Assembly: GCA_046563655.1 (NCBI GenBank)
Contig: CM102283.1
Span: 2,480,001-2,544,000 of the forward strand
Source of the DNA: Yuukianura sp. NJ FZ-2021
Taxonomy: Eukaryota
Direction of reading: 5' to 3'
DNA length: 64,000 nt
The position numbers and the translations under genes were made by a program. Shown piece after piece: positions 42,701 through 53,700 of this stretch. How positions within the stretch are numbered: the first letter of the stretch is position 1; each line of letters begins with the position of its first letter. A model generated the notes under the pieces. The model was not told the origin of the DNA, ran no database searches, and was given only the letters and a program-made list of their open reading frames with translations.

Positions 42701-45700
42701 AGACAGGTTGAGAGGCTGCTGTGGAATACATTATTGGATTCCGTTGTCTTTGGCAGTTGTCTCTTTTTGCTGTAAACTTCCAACGATTTTCTATCAAGAT
42801 TCCTGTCTACTTCCAGCATTAAATTAGGTTATGTTAGACTAACCTAACCTAACTTTTTGCAGCTCGCTAGACCGTCTTTGCAAATATTTTTGCAGTCTGG
42901 CCTCCTAGTGAGTGTAGTAATAAATGCAAAGTCTCGAAATGGAAATTGTGTTGGTACTGCGCTGTTTAAATCCGCCGCCAGTATTATTTTTGGTTTTTAG
43001 TAACTTCCACCAGGCTGCTCCTGCTGGAGGTAAAAGTGTGAAATTCTATCATTAGAAGGCCAACTGTAAGAGCAGCATCTTCACTTTTTAGTTTTTTGGC
43101 ACCAAGATAAGTTGGACTGGCGTGTTTAGAAATCGCTGAAAAGTTTGGATGCAGATTTGGTCCAAGTTTTGTGGTGTTGTTTAGGTTAGAGTCGTGCCAG
43201 GACTGGAGGAGAGTTTAGTTTTTACAGGCAGTCTGTCATCAACCAGTGGATTAGTTGTACAAAAAATGCTAGTCTTTAAAAAAGTACTAGTCTTGGGCTA
43301 GAAAAGTGCTAGTCTTTTTGGTTTGTGAGACTGGAACTAATCTTCTAATTTGAGAAGATTAACTAAAGGTGAAGTGCTAGTCATTCATCTGAGGATCTTC
43401 TGTTGACTTTTGATTTGTGGCTGTGGATTTTGTGAAGGGGGGACAGAAGATGTGTTCCCATGGACCAGGAGTCAGTTGTGACATGCTCTATTTAGCATTC
43501 TACTCGACGAACTACGCTAATGGTATGCAGTCGTCAGTTGATCAGTCGGAAGAAGATGAGGCTCAAGTTCATGATCTCAGAGAAATTCGTGATTTCGATG
43601 AAACAGATGAAGTGAGAGAGGTCAATCGACTCCTGCGTGACGTCCTATCAGGCATGTATTCTACAGGTTTTTGAATTTTTAGAAATTTAGAATTTTGAGT
43701 TTTTGAAATTTTGAAACTTACCTCGTTTTGTTGTATACCATTTTGGGATAGGCAGGTGGAACTGGACGCTGTTTTTCGAAATATTTGTAACTTTCTGGAT
43801 ATAATTTAGAGATATCGGTGCCTTTGGGATACATTCGAGATAGTACTTGTACTTCCGGAATCCGGAATACTTTTCGAGATATGGAGATACTTTACTTTGG
43901 GGATGTTTTTCGAGATACTTTTACGAGATATACTTCCAGGAATGTCTGGGTTGAGCGACTGTCACTTTGTTAGCTGAAACGGCGACATTTGTGTTTGAAT
44001 TTGGGGATTGGGGTGACAGCTAGCGTTAGAGAGTGGAGACAAGTTGAAAACGACTGGAAGCGGTTGTTGTCGCTAGGAAGCGATTGTAGCAGCGTAGTTT
44101 TGGGTTGGTAGACAGCTTGTAGGAAAGCGACAGCCTGCTGAAGCTGGAGGAAAGAAGCCTTTTCCAGCAGACTTTTTAGACGATTTTGTAATTTGTAAGT
44201 TTTTTTGTTAAAGTTAGCATGCGCTTTCTACCCAACTTTCTCTGCTTTCTAAGCTCGTGACGGTTGTGGTGGAAAAGTAACCTTGTCCTTTTGATATTGA
44301 TTTCCCTAGCTTCACTTTTTTCCAAGTCGAATGCTCTCCAGGGATTCTGGAACTGCCTCAACCTCTGTCGTAGTCGATGTTGCTGGAAAGTTGAATAGAA
44401 AGTAGAAAATTGGAGGGAATTTTTGAATTTTGAGGTTGGGCAGAAGTTGCCTCTAATTGGTATTTCCAGCCCAATTTCTTCACGTTTATCAGAATTTTGA
44501 AGTTTTTGGAACTTTTTGCGTGCATATTAAGAACGGATGATCTTGAAATATCGTAGAGGTTGGCGAACGGCGAGAGCTAGGTGGTTAGTGTGGGTGTATA
44601 GAATTCCGGGGTCAACCAGTTCAATTCCTCCAGGGGGAGCTGGATATGGATATGTTTTTTTAGTTAACTCTTCTTTTTTACACGATTGTCGTCATCATAG
44701 TTTTTAAGTCCAAGATTCACGGCAGTTGGACACACACTGTCTGCCTGTCTGTCTTTTGGATTTGATTTATGCTCTTAGGAGTCGTAATTTACGACAGTTG
44801 TTTTCGTGTCGACATAAAGCTTTTGCTGAGTTTTCCACATTTGGACTAAAGCTGAACGGAGTAGACCAAAGTTCTGGATGAGTTCTGTGTGTAGATGCAT
44901 AACTTGAGGAAGTAAGTCGTTGTCCAGGAAAATATCAGTCGTCACTTTATCCTGGACAGCAGTGTAGCTGGACTTTGACTGTTTTTAGAAAGATTAGGTT
45001 CTATTTTTTGACAAGAGTGTGACAAAGTTATATGTTTTGTGGACATTATCTTCCAAAGATTGTATATTTTTGAGTGCAAATTCCACAGTTTTACAATTCA
45101 AAACATCATTCAGAAAATGATTTTTTTTAAAGTTTGTGAAAACGGAAAGTTTTAGTGCTGGACACAAATTATGCTAAGTTTTTGCCTTGGAATCTTCAAA
45201 TTGTTGATATTTTTTGTGGTGCTGACAATGTGTGAACCAGTGGTGCTAAAATTTTCTAAATTTTGGAAATCGGGTTAGATTTTGAGAAAAGTCATGCCTT
45301 GGCGAAATCGAAAGAGACGAGTGTACCGAATGTTCAAAACGAAACATAACAATGTGAATCGCTTTATAACTAATTTCAATTGGATTGAATTTACAGACGA
45401 CGAGGAGAATGAGATTTTAGTCAAATTTTTTAAATTCCACAAGTGCTATGACCTCATCCCAACGTCTGCCAAATTGGTTGTCTTTGACACACAACTTCTT
45501 GTCAAGAAGGCTTTCTTCGCTTTGGTCTACAATGGTAAAAGCTTAAAACATAAAACAAAGTTCTTAATTTAGATTTCATGGATTGATTTATCAATTAATT
45601 GATCTTTATTCTATTTTTATCTATAGGAGTTCGGGCAGCTCCACTTTGGGACAGTGAAGAACGGAAGATGGTTGGAATGCTCACAATCACGGACTTTATC

Positions 45701-47573
45701 CGAGTTTTGCATGCGATGTACTATGACTCGGCGGGAGCTGGAAGTAAGAAATCAGCGATACATGAATCCGGACGCTGCACGATATGATACAAATCAGCGT
45801 CTTTGCGTGCCTCGCTGCTTTTTATCAAAGGCTGAACGCTGTTTTGAAACAAGTTTTGGCTGGTTTTTTTAAAAATAGGGTTGGCTTGTTTTAAAAGTTT
45901 CTGCTTTTGCAATTTGGAGTTTCTCTCTGCCTTGGTGTTTATGTCACGCCAAGTTGCGATCAATTTATTATTTACTTGGCATGATACTATAAACTGCTAT
46001 GCTTTTTTGGTAATGCTGAGACATATGTTTGTAGTTCTTAAGTTGGAGCTAACGGCCTGCTAAAGCTTGGACAGATTTCAAATTTATTTTTAGAAAGTCA
46101 TTAAGAGAATTATTGGAGGATGAGCCAAGCTTTTGAATTTTTGACATGCGCGGAAATGTTTGTTTTGCAAAGAGCATAATGGGAGTGGAAATAAAAACTA
46201 AGTGTTTTGTTTTTGTTTTGAACAGGTAAAATGTCGGAACTGGAAGAGCATCGAGTGGAGACATGGCGGAAAAGATTTTTGCTAAACAAACAGCCGCTGA
46301 TTTCAATCGATCCGGATTCATCTTTGTATGATGCTATTTGTTCACTTGTGAGTTTAAATAATATAATAATTATTATAAATAATATGTTATACATCTAAAT
46401 TATTGATATTTTTGTGTACTTGAAGGTTAACAACAGGATACATCGGCTCCCAGTCATTGACAAGCACACGGGAAACGTTCTTCATATACTTACTCATAAG
46501 CGGATCCTCAAATTCCTTTTTCTTTATGTAAGTTTTGAATATTTTTTTCAATTTGAATTTTGACTTTGAATTTTAATGGCGGGAAACCCCGAGCAGAAAT
46601 CTGGTTTGAAGGGATGCGTGAATTTTGTTTACAATTTTTGAGAAACTTGAAAAATGTTGCGAATTTTATGAGTTTATTGCAGAAAAAAGTTGCATTTGGA
46701 TAATTTTTTTACGGTTTGTTTACAGATCCACGAAATTCCGAGACCTTCCAGTTTGAATACAAAACTTCGTGATGTAAAAATTGGAAGTTTTGAGAACATT
46801 GAGACGGCGAGAGAAGAAACTCCGATAATTGTTGCCCTTCAAAAGTTCCTGGATCGTCGAGTTTCGGCTCTGCCGATTGTAGATGATCAAAATAGACTGC
46901 TAGATATTTATGCTCGGTTTGATGTGATTAACTTGGCGGCTGAGAAAACGTACAATGACTTAGATATTTCGCTCAAGAAGGTCAGTTTTCACTGAAAATT
47001 TGGAATTTTTGAAAGTATTTGTGACATTTTGAATATGTTTTTGAAAGTTAAACTGCTTATGTTTGATTGCAGGCTAACGAGCACCGGAATGAGTGGTTCG
47101 AGGGAGTTCACAAATGTACTCTGGACGATACGCTGTTCATGATACTGGAGAAACTTGTGAAGGCCGAGGTACATCGCCTGGTCGTTGTGGACGAAGAAGA
47201 CCACGTTGTTGGAGTTATTAGCCTCTCTGATATGCTACAGGTACTTTCACATGCGAAAGTTAGGTTAAAACGTCACGTTTGTTAGATTTTTGAATTCAAT
47301 TTTTTCTGTTTTTAGTACCTGGTCATGCGACCTGAACTGAAAGAAGTGAGCGTAGTTGACATTGAGGAGTCCATTCGGCATGACAAAGAAATTTTGGAAA
47401 ACGGGAAGGCAGCCTTTATCCAGGCCGAACTGGATCAAATGAGTTATCAAACGGAGCCTAAATCAAAAACTATTTCGGATCCACTGCCACTTCTACTTTT
47501 AACTGACGAAACGAATGCGGAACGAGAGAATCCAACAATATTTGAAGAAGATGAAAAGACATGTCACGGATAA
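15767..47573 (+). CDS. SNF4Agamma: 5'-AMP-activated protein kinase gamma subunit (SNF4Agamma/PRKAG-type), long isoform ~764 aa
   Basis: Phase-consistent exons: 15767-16285, 24337-24621, 25020-25169, 29853-29892, 40086-40177, 41909-41957, 45397-45534, 45627-45743, 46226-46347, 46426-46527, 46726-46980, 47073-47240, 47316-47573. CBS-region motifs: [82 protein letters not shown]. Insect-type N-terminal motifs: RPRSKSD and [17 protein letters not shown]. The core is certain; upstream exon connectivity is inferred. Confidence 0.92.
22615..22790. repeat. Degenerate minisatellite, ~24-27 bp x 6-7 (AAAGTGGAACCTTTTTGAACAGTATG)
   Basis: GTGGAACCTTTTT core recurs at regular spacing. Confidence 0.8.
28192..28425 (+). 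CDS. Candidate alternative first coding exon of AMPK gamma (MEMKADLL...GLKEFLNR)
   Basis: GC-richer ORF from ATG 28192 ending at an AGG|GTAAAC donor in phase 0, compatible with the exon at 29853. Confidence 0.65.
29333..29417. repeat. Tandem repeat, 28 bp x 3
   Basis: AGCCAGATTTTTAAGGATTTCAAAATT repeated three times. Confidence 0.85.
32870..32950. repeat. Tandem repeat, ~33 bp x 2.5
   Basis: TATAACGTCTAG(T/C)GTTTTAG units. Confidence 0.7.
37946..38765 (+). CDS. Candidate alternative first coding exon of AMPK gamma (His/Ser/Pro-rich, 273 codons)
   Basis: Long low-complexity ORF inside the gene, ending GAT G|GTGGGT in phase 1, compatible with the exon at 40086. Confidence 0.7.
40643..41495. 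mobile_element. Non-autonomous hAT-superfamily DNA transposon (MITE), 853 bp, in an AMPK gamma intron
   Basis: Perfect 14-bp TIRs CAGGCTGGGGCAAC (40643-40656) and GTTGCCCCAGCCTG (41482-41495). Perfect 8-bp TSD GTTGTGAA (40635-40642 and 41496-41503). No transposase ORF. Confidence 0.93.
43450..43666 (+). CDS. Candidate alternative first coding exon of a short AMPK gamma isoform
   Basis: ATG at 43450 and an acidic peptide. Two phase-1 donors are possible (CAG|GCATGT after 43651, CAG|GTTTTT after 43666); both fit the core exon at 45397. Confidence 0.55.
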
Positions 47574-49206
47574 AGAAGCGGAAACAAAAAAATTGGAGAG
47601 GAAAATACAAATAGTGAAATGAAAAAGTGAAGGACTGGCAGGAGCATGGAAAGAAATGGTTTGCGTGCAAAGACTAATTAAAAATATTTATTCACCCCCT
47701 GAACCTGGGCGGAGTAAAATTGCTGAACTGCAATTAAAGGCTATAATTAAATTAATTAAATAATTTACAATTTAAAGTTATTGAAAAAGGTGTAGATACT
47801 ACGAGAGTACCTAAACACGAGAAAGCCATAGACAGAGTCACGGTTTTTTAGAAAGTCGAAGTAATAACTAACTAAAAAACGAATAGACGATAATTTTTGT
47901 TATGTAATGTAAAAACAAACTGAGTTTTTATGAACTTACTAGTACCTCAGGGGGAGTTTAGCAACTTGTGTGAATTCCGTTCTTTTTGTTGTCTTCTGAC
48001 GGAATAATGTATAATAACTAATTAAATTATGAATAATAAAATTGACTAAAATGGACTACATTAGTGAAATAATGTTAAGTTTGTTACCATGTTTTGTTCT
48101 GACTAATCAGTGTCATAATTTCAAAAATTGTTAGAATTACGAAAAATTAAAATGGACTAAAAACTAATAATTAATAGCTCTCAAGTGTTAATTTTGTTAA
48201 TTTAACTTAATTAATTAAAATGGATTCACTTTAAGGTGAAAAGTGGAGGAGGGTAGGGAGTCATGCACTTTTTGGTTTTCCGACAATAATGTGATTGAAT
48301 AGTGAAAATTGTTAACTTTTAGTGAGTGTTGTTGCACATTCGGAACTTGCATTTAAAAATTCGTGGGGTAAAAATTTTTTGTGCTAAATGTTACTATTAC
48401 TACAAAGATGTAAGAAAAAAGTGAGATGAGGGGGAAAGTTAACCAAAAAATTTATATTTAAAAATTTTTTAGTGAAATCACATCGGAGTGAAAGGAAACC
48501 TTTGAAGACTGCATGCAGAGTTCAAACAAAAAATTAATTAATTAATTAATTAATCTCAGTCGAGAAGAGTATTGAAATGTTTAGAAAAGTTAAAATATAC
48601 AAAATGTTTTAACGGAGTTAAGATTCTTTTGTTTTAAATTCTGGAAGAAACAAAAAATTTTGTGGAAGAAGTTGATGATGATGAAGGAAACTTTTGGACT
48701 CTTGGGCGATAAACCGTCAATTCTGTTTTCCATATACAAATTGTAACTTGTGGTTTTTTGATATAAGGTTTTAGTCACTTTTTCATGGTTTTGTGACCTC
48801 CGTGGTCACGGGAAGGTCAAAGGTCAAATTTTGGTGGAGGACATTTCTTAAGGGAGGAAAACTGTCTCATGTGTTAATGCCTAGAAATAAATTACTAAGA
48901 CGAAGAAATGTTTAGTAAAGGAGGATGAACACTTAACAATTGAAATTTTGCCAAAAGTGGCAATTGAATAAAAAAAAAATGCATTTCTGCAAATTTTGAT
49001 TCGTTTGTGGACGTACTTTTGTTTAATTTTTTTTTAAATCAGAATTTTAGTTGTGAAATAATTTCTGCAATCGATGGTTTTAGCATGGTAGATTTCTTTC
49101 GGAGTAAAAATTTTAAAAAAGGTAATTTTTTAAATACTCAACTTTGCAAATTAAAAAGAAAATATGGTCGCGATTGTTTTTGAAATAGTTTTGAACCAAA
49201 AAATAG

Positions 49207-49323
49207 TACCCGGGGCGGGATTTGAACCCGCGGCCCTCTGCGTATTAGCGAAGGTCTTCGGGGTTTGAACCCGAAGACCTTCCCTTGTTAAGCAGATGTG
49301 ATAACCAACTACACCACCCGAGC
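49207..49323 (-). tRNA. tRNA-Val(AAC) with a 43-nt insert/intron at position 37/38 (49243-49285)
   Basis: Exons are identical to the + strand copy. The insert lies one base 3' of the anticodon. A T-run follows the 3' end. Confidence 0.85.
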
Positions 49324-49492
49324 AGCGTTATGTATCAGCGCATAATTTGTTAAGTGTTGAACACAACTGTTGTTCAACATTCACGAAAAAAAAATTCCCG
49401 TGACGAAGTTCCAACGTGGTCACGGGAAATTTTTCCGTTGCGATTGTTTTATGTACAAGATTTTTTTGGCTAGAGCTTATACACTTAATGCT

Positions 49493-49566
49493 GCTCGGGT
49501 GGTGTAGTTGGTTATCACATCTGCTTAACACGCAGAGGGCCGCGGGTTCAAATCCCGCCCCGGGTA
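49493..49566 (+). tRNA. tRNA-Val(AAC), intronless, 74 nt
   Basis: Cloverleaf: acceptor GCTCGGG/CCCGGGT, A box TGGTGTAGTTGG, anticodon arm TCTGC-TTAACAC-GCAGA, T arm GCGGG-TTCAAAT-CCCGC, discriminator A73. Confidence 0.92.
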
Positions 49567-49569
49567 CTA

Positions 49570-49578
49570 TTTTTTTTT
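49570..49578 (+). terminator. RNA polymerase III oligo-T terminator of the intronless tRNA-Val
   Basis: T9 run 4 nt after the discriminator base, mirrored by the A6 run at 49198-49203 for the minus-strand copy. Confidence 0.8.
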
Positions 49579-50719
49579 ATATTGACATATTTTAACGTCT
49601 TATATTCATTGCTTACGGCAGAGAGCTTGATTCGTTAATTCCCTGCACAGTATTTAAATAAATTTTCATTTTAGGGAGTTATATTCAAGAAAATCACACT
49701 TTTTAATCAACTTTAGCAAGAATCGTTGCATACGAATACTAAATGCTTAGTCTGTAAACGATGTATTTTGTATAATTAAAAAGAATAAGGTTCTAAATTA
49801 CGTTAACCAACCACATCTTTAAGATAAATGCAACAATTAAACAAGTAGCCCAGTTTCCATTTTAATGAATTAATTAGTGTAGCACTTAGTAAATTTAGCT
49901 TTTTTTATACCTCCTACTTGTCTTGTCAAGCTAAGCTGATTCTAGTTAGACCGAACTTCTGACTTTATGATTAGCACCATCACTCTTTTAGTCTTAAGAT
50001 ATTTTTAATTTCTAGCTAGTATAATTCTGGCCACAGCAAGTATAAGTTAGTAGAAAATTATTTTATTTGAAGGTGGGTTCACTAGATTTTTCAATTTGCT
50101 TAAATTTCCAAAAACAAAAAAAAAATTAATCGACCACGATTTTTTAAGGGAATTAAATTGTTGAATTTTGTTTTTTAAATTTTACTTTTGCATTGATTGG
50201 TTGTGTCTGGGAAATAAGTTCGAAATTGGCACAAGAAACGGAACTTTTTTGTAAAAAGGAAAACGTTGTGACAGTGAAGATGAAGACGCAGATAATTTCA
50301 AATAATCGTGCGAGTTAAATTGTATATGTTAACTAATGAATTCAGGTATTAAGTGTGATAGTCCATTAACTAAGGTGTTAAAATCCCAAAATGTCGTGTA
50401 TTATGTTGTTTTTTTTTCAAAATTGAAAAGCTACTTAGGTCAATACAGGATATGGTTCGATTTTTTGCTTTTTACTCGGAATTTCCTACGAATTTCTTCT
50501 CTGTTTTGAAGATTGTAGCTGGTCAAACTAAAAACCTAAAAATAATTTTAGCTTTTAATTTATTTAAATTCCAGAAAGATTTCAGAGATGGATTCTGAAG
50601 TGGTGAGTTCTCCAAGGCAAAAGCTGCTCGGTGGGGCTGCAATTTTGAAATGGTGTTTTTTGGCCCCACCACCATGCCCCACTTCCTTGGAACGAGAGGT
50701 GGGAAGTTGGGTGGCTCCC

Positions 50720-53700
50720 TTAGTGGTCCTCAAGTGGACTCATGCGGTCGTCATACTTTGAGGATGAGGGGATAAGTGGGGGTCCGGATGATGATCGTGA
50801 TGTTTTGCGAGACTTTTTGTCTTTGAGTTCCTTCATGAAGCCCTTGACAACATAGAGACAGTAGATTTTGTAGAGGAGGCTCCCCAGGAACAGGATGCTG
50901 CAGATCCACGTTGCGATTTTGTGTGGGATCACTGTTGCAAAAAATGCAAAAAGCCCCACCTCCAGCAGCAGCAAAACGATTTGGACGACGAACCAAATTT
51001 TGCAGTGGGTCGTCAGGCGCTGGAACACAAATTTTTTAAATTAAATATTGTTCAACTTTCCACTTTTCTCGTGTCTCTTAGAAAAATATTCCGCAAATTT
51101 TATTTTTTTGTGGCGTCAGTACATATTGAACAGTGGACATTTCAAATTTTCATTTTTCTAAAAAAATTCACTAAAAAGTTGCAGTATAGCGGAACTTAAT
51201 TTAAAAAAAACGCGGTATAATTGCTATAACTTTTGATCGGCTCGTTTCCGATGAGATCCGATTGCAGATTCGGATTCAGAGACTCAAGATCTGTGCGAGC
51301 ACACATTTAAAAGTGGACATTTAAAATTTCCGTTTTGCTAAAAAATTTGAGACGGTGAAATTGCTATGCAAATTCACACAAAAATCGATGTATCTCAAGA
51401 AATATGCAATTCCGGGGAAATCCGATTCCAGATTCGGATTCAGCAACTCAACAGCTTTGCGAGCACACCTCGTTAACGAAGTTTATGAAAAAAACGATGT
51501 TTAGGAAGAAAATTATAGAAGAAAATTCGCTGAAGAATTCAATTTTAGAAAAATGGAAAATATTAAAATTCGAAATGGAAGTGGAGCAAATTACTAGGAG
51601 GGAGCCATTGACGAACGGAATTCAAAATTCATTCAAAAATTACAAACTTTACGCAAATTTGACTTGCAAAGCTGCTGTTTAGCCTTCAAATTTTCACTTT
51701 GAAGTTTCCCGGTGTTTTGAAAGTACTAATACAAAAGGAATTTTAGAAATGTAAAATGAAAATGCATTTTTTTGCGTTTCGAAAAAGGGCACAATTTTAT
51801 GGAAGCTCGGTAAGGAATTTACGATCGTTTAGCATAGACCTTGCCAAATGATACGGCCGCTAGTGAATGAGAAATGACCTCAATCATTTGGGAAGCACTT
51901 TTCAAATTTCGCACGTCCCTAACCTAATGACCCAATCATGCAAATTTTCGCAAAAATTGCAAAAGGCTTCTATCCAGGTCACACCCTTAATCGAGTTCAT
52001 TTTTCTTCTAGAACAGTCTCTAAGGAGCACCTAATTCTATCTACACTTCAGTCAGTAACTAAATGGACGACTACAACTTAGGGTGTGGTCTCGTTCAAGG
52101 TCTTCACTATTTTGGCAGACTCCCGCCAAAAAAAGTTCCCGCTAAAATAAAACTAAAAGCTTCCTGTTCTAATCTTTCCTAAAAACTTCGTGCAAGAAGA
52201 GCAAAATTACGCCATTTATGCACGACAGGCGAATAACGACGTCTTTCCGGGAAATGTTTTGAAAGCCCAAAGGGATTTTGTTAGGCTTTGTCTTTCTTGC
52301 AACATCTGAAAGCATTTGCACAATTTTTTTTGCAAACTCTGTTTTTGCAAAAGCGTTGAATGAAATGAGAAAATGAGAAGCCTTTTGTCTTATTCTGTCG
52401 CTGCTACTGAGCTGAAGGAGATGGTCCCCTAAGGCCCTGTTGTAATTCAAAATAAAATCTGCATAATTTTTCGCGGAATTTCTTTTTGAAAAGCATAAAC
52501 TAAAACCATGTTTTACTATTTCCGTTTTGTTTGAACAAACACTGTTGTTCCTTTTGTTCTGAACATGTTTTCTAAAAAAGTAAAGATAAAATGTCGGATT
52601 AGTATTTCATGATTTCACACCCACTATAACTTGTCTTTTTTGCATGTTTCAAAAATTCAGACTTTGGCACGAAACTTTTCTAGGCGTGTTTGTGTACATA
52701 ACCGTTTGAAAACAGGCTTTTGAAAGTGAATGTTAAAAACAAAGTCGAATAGTGTCAAGCACAGTTTGCTTTTGTTGCAAATTTGTTTCCGCGTCGTTTG
52801 CAAATTTTGTGCAACATTTGGTTTTGCAATTCTGATTTGGGAATCAAAGCTTCCCGCGTTCGTTTCCTCTCTGTTGAGTTTTTTCTAACTTAAAAAAAAG
52901 TTTTCTGGTTCAATGTGCTAGAAACCAGTTTGTTTAAACAATGGTGTGATGCTTTTAAGGTTTTTCCATTTTCTAAAATTTTAAAACTTCTGTTTCAGTA
53001 CCAAATTGCTTTTTTTATGTTTTCTCAGACTCATTTCAGGCAGAAAAACTACTTTCACTTTCCTCCCTGCGGACTTTCAACCGGAAATGAAGTCTTTACG
53101 ATTCATGGTGGCCATTTCCAAAAAAAAACGCCAAAGAACGTTTCTCTAAAAAACTTTCTTTTTAAAAAATGTCAAGAACCTTTACCTCTTTCCGAAGATT
53201 GAAAACGGAATAGAACCTGAAAGTTTTTGAAATTTACCGCCGTTTATCGTCGTGGTAGTGCAGGCACGAAAGCCTGCAAAGGATGCGTGAGAGACTCTTT
53301 TCAAAATTTCAAAATTAATATTTTAAGACAAAGTTGGTCCAATTTCAAAACTTTTCTTAAGAGCTTTTTAACCCTTCATCCCTTTGTTCTCTTCAAGCTT
53401 TCCCGCTATTAAACTAAAGGCGCCTTGTTGTAATTGGAAGGAGGCGTTAAGTTAAAATTAGGTTAAGTTTAGGCTGGATTAGGCTAGATTTGGGTCTTAT
53501 TCATAGAAAATGATGAAGATTAATTCATAAAGGACTTCAATAGGATGCCAAAAGCGTCTAAAAGTTACGAATTCCGACCACAAAGGATTCCAGAAGCCGT
53601 TTATTTTGAGTATCTTTTGCTCCTGGAACAAAAGACGCTTAATTTTGGACTTAAAAACAAAGTTTTGAATCACGAGGGATTCTGGTGCGGTTTCCAGGGC

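Noticed and set aside
43780-43940. GAGATAC-rich patch
   Set aside because: Too degenerate to define a unit; probably a decayed minisatellite.
46226-46231. AG|GTAAAA junction resembling a recursive splice site
   Set aside because: The intron is short and the bases are needed as codons (Ser-Lys-Met); there is no further support.
49243-49285. Insert as a MITE in a tRNA, or a strict archaeal-type bulge-helix-bulge intron
   Set aside because: There is no TSD beyond a single ambiguous A and the hairpin does not reach the insert ends. The 5' splice side does not form a clean BHB.
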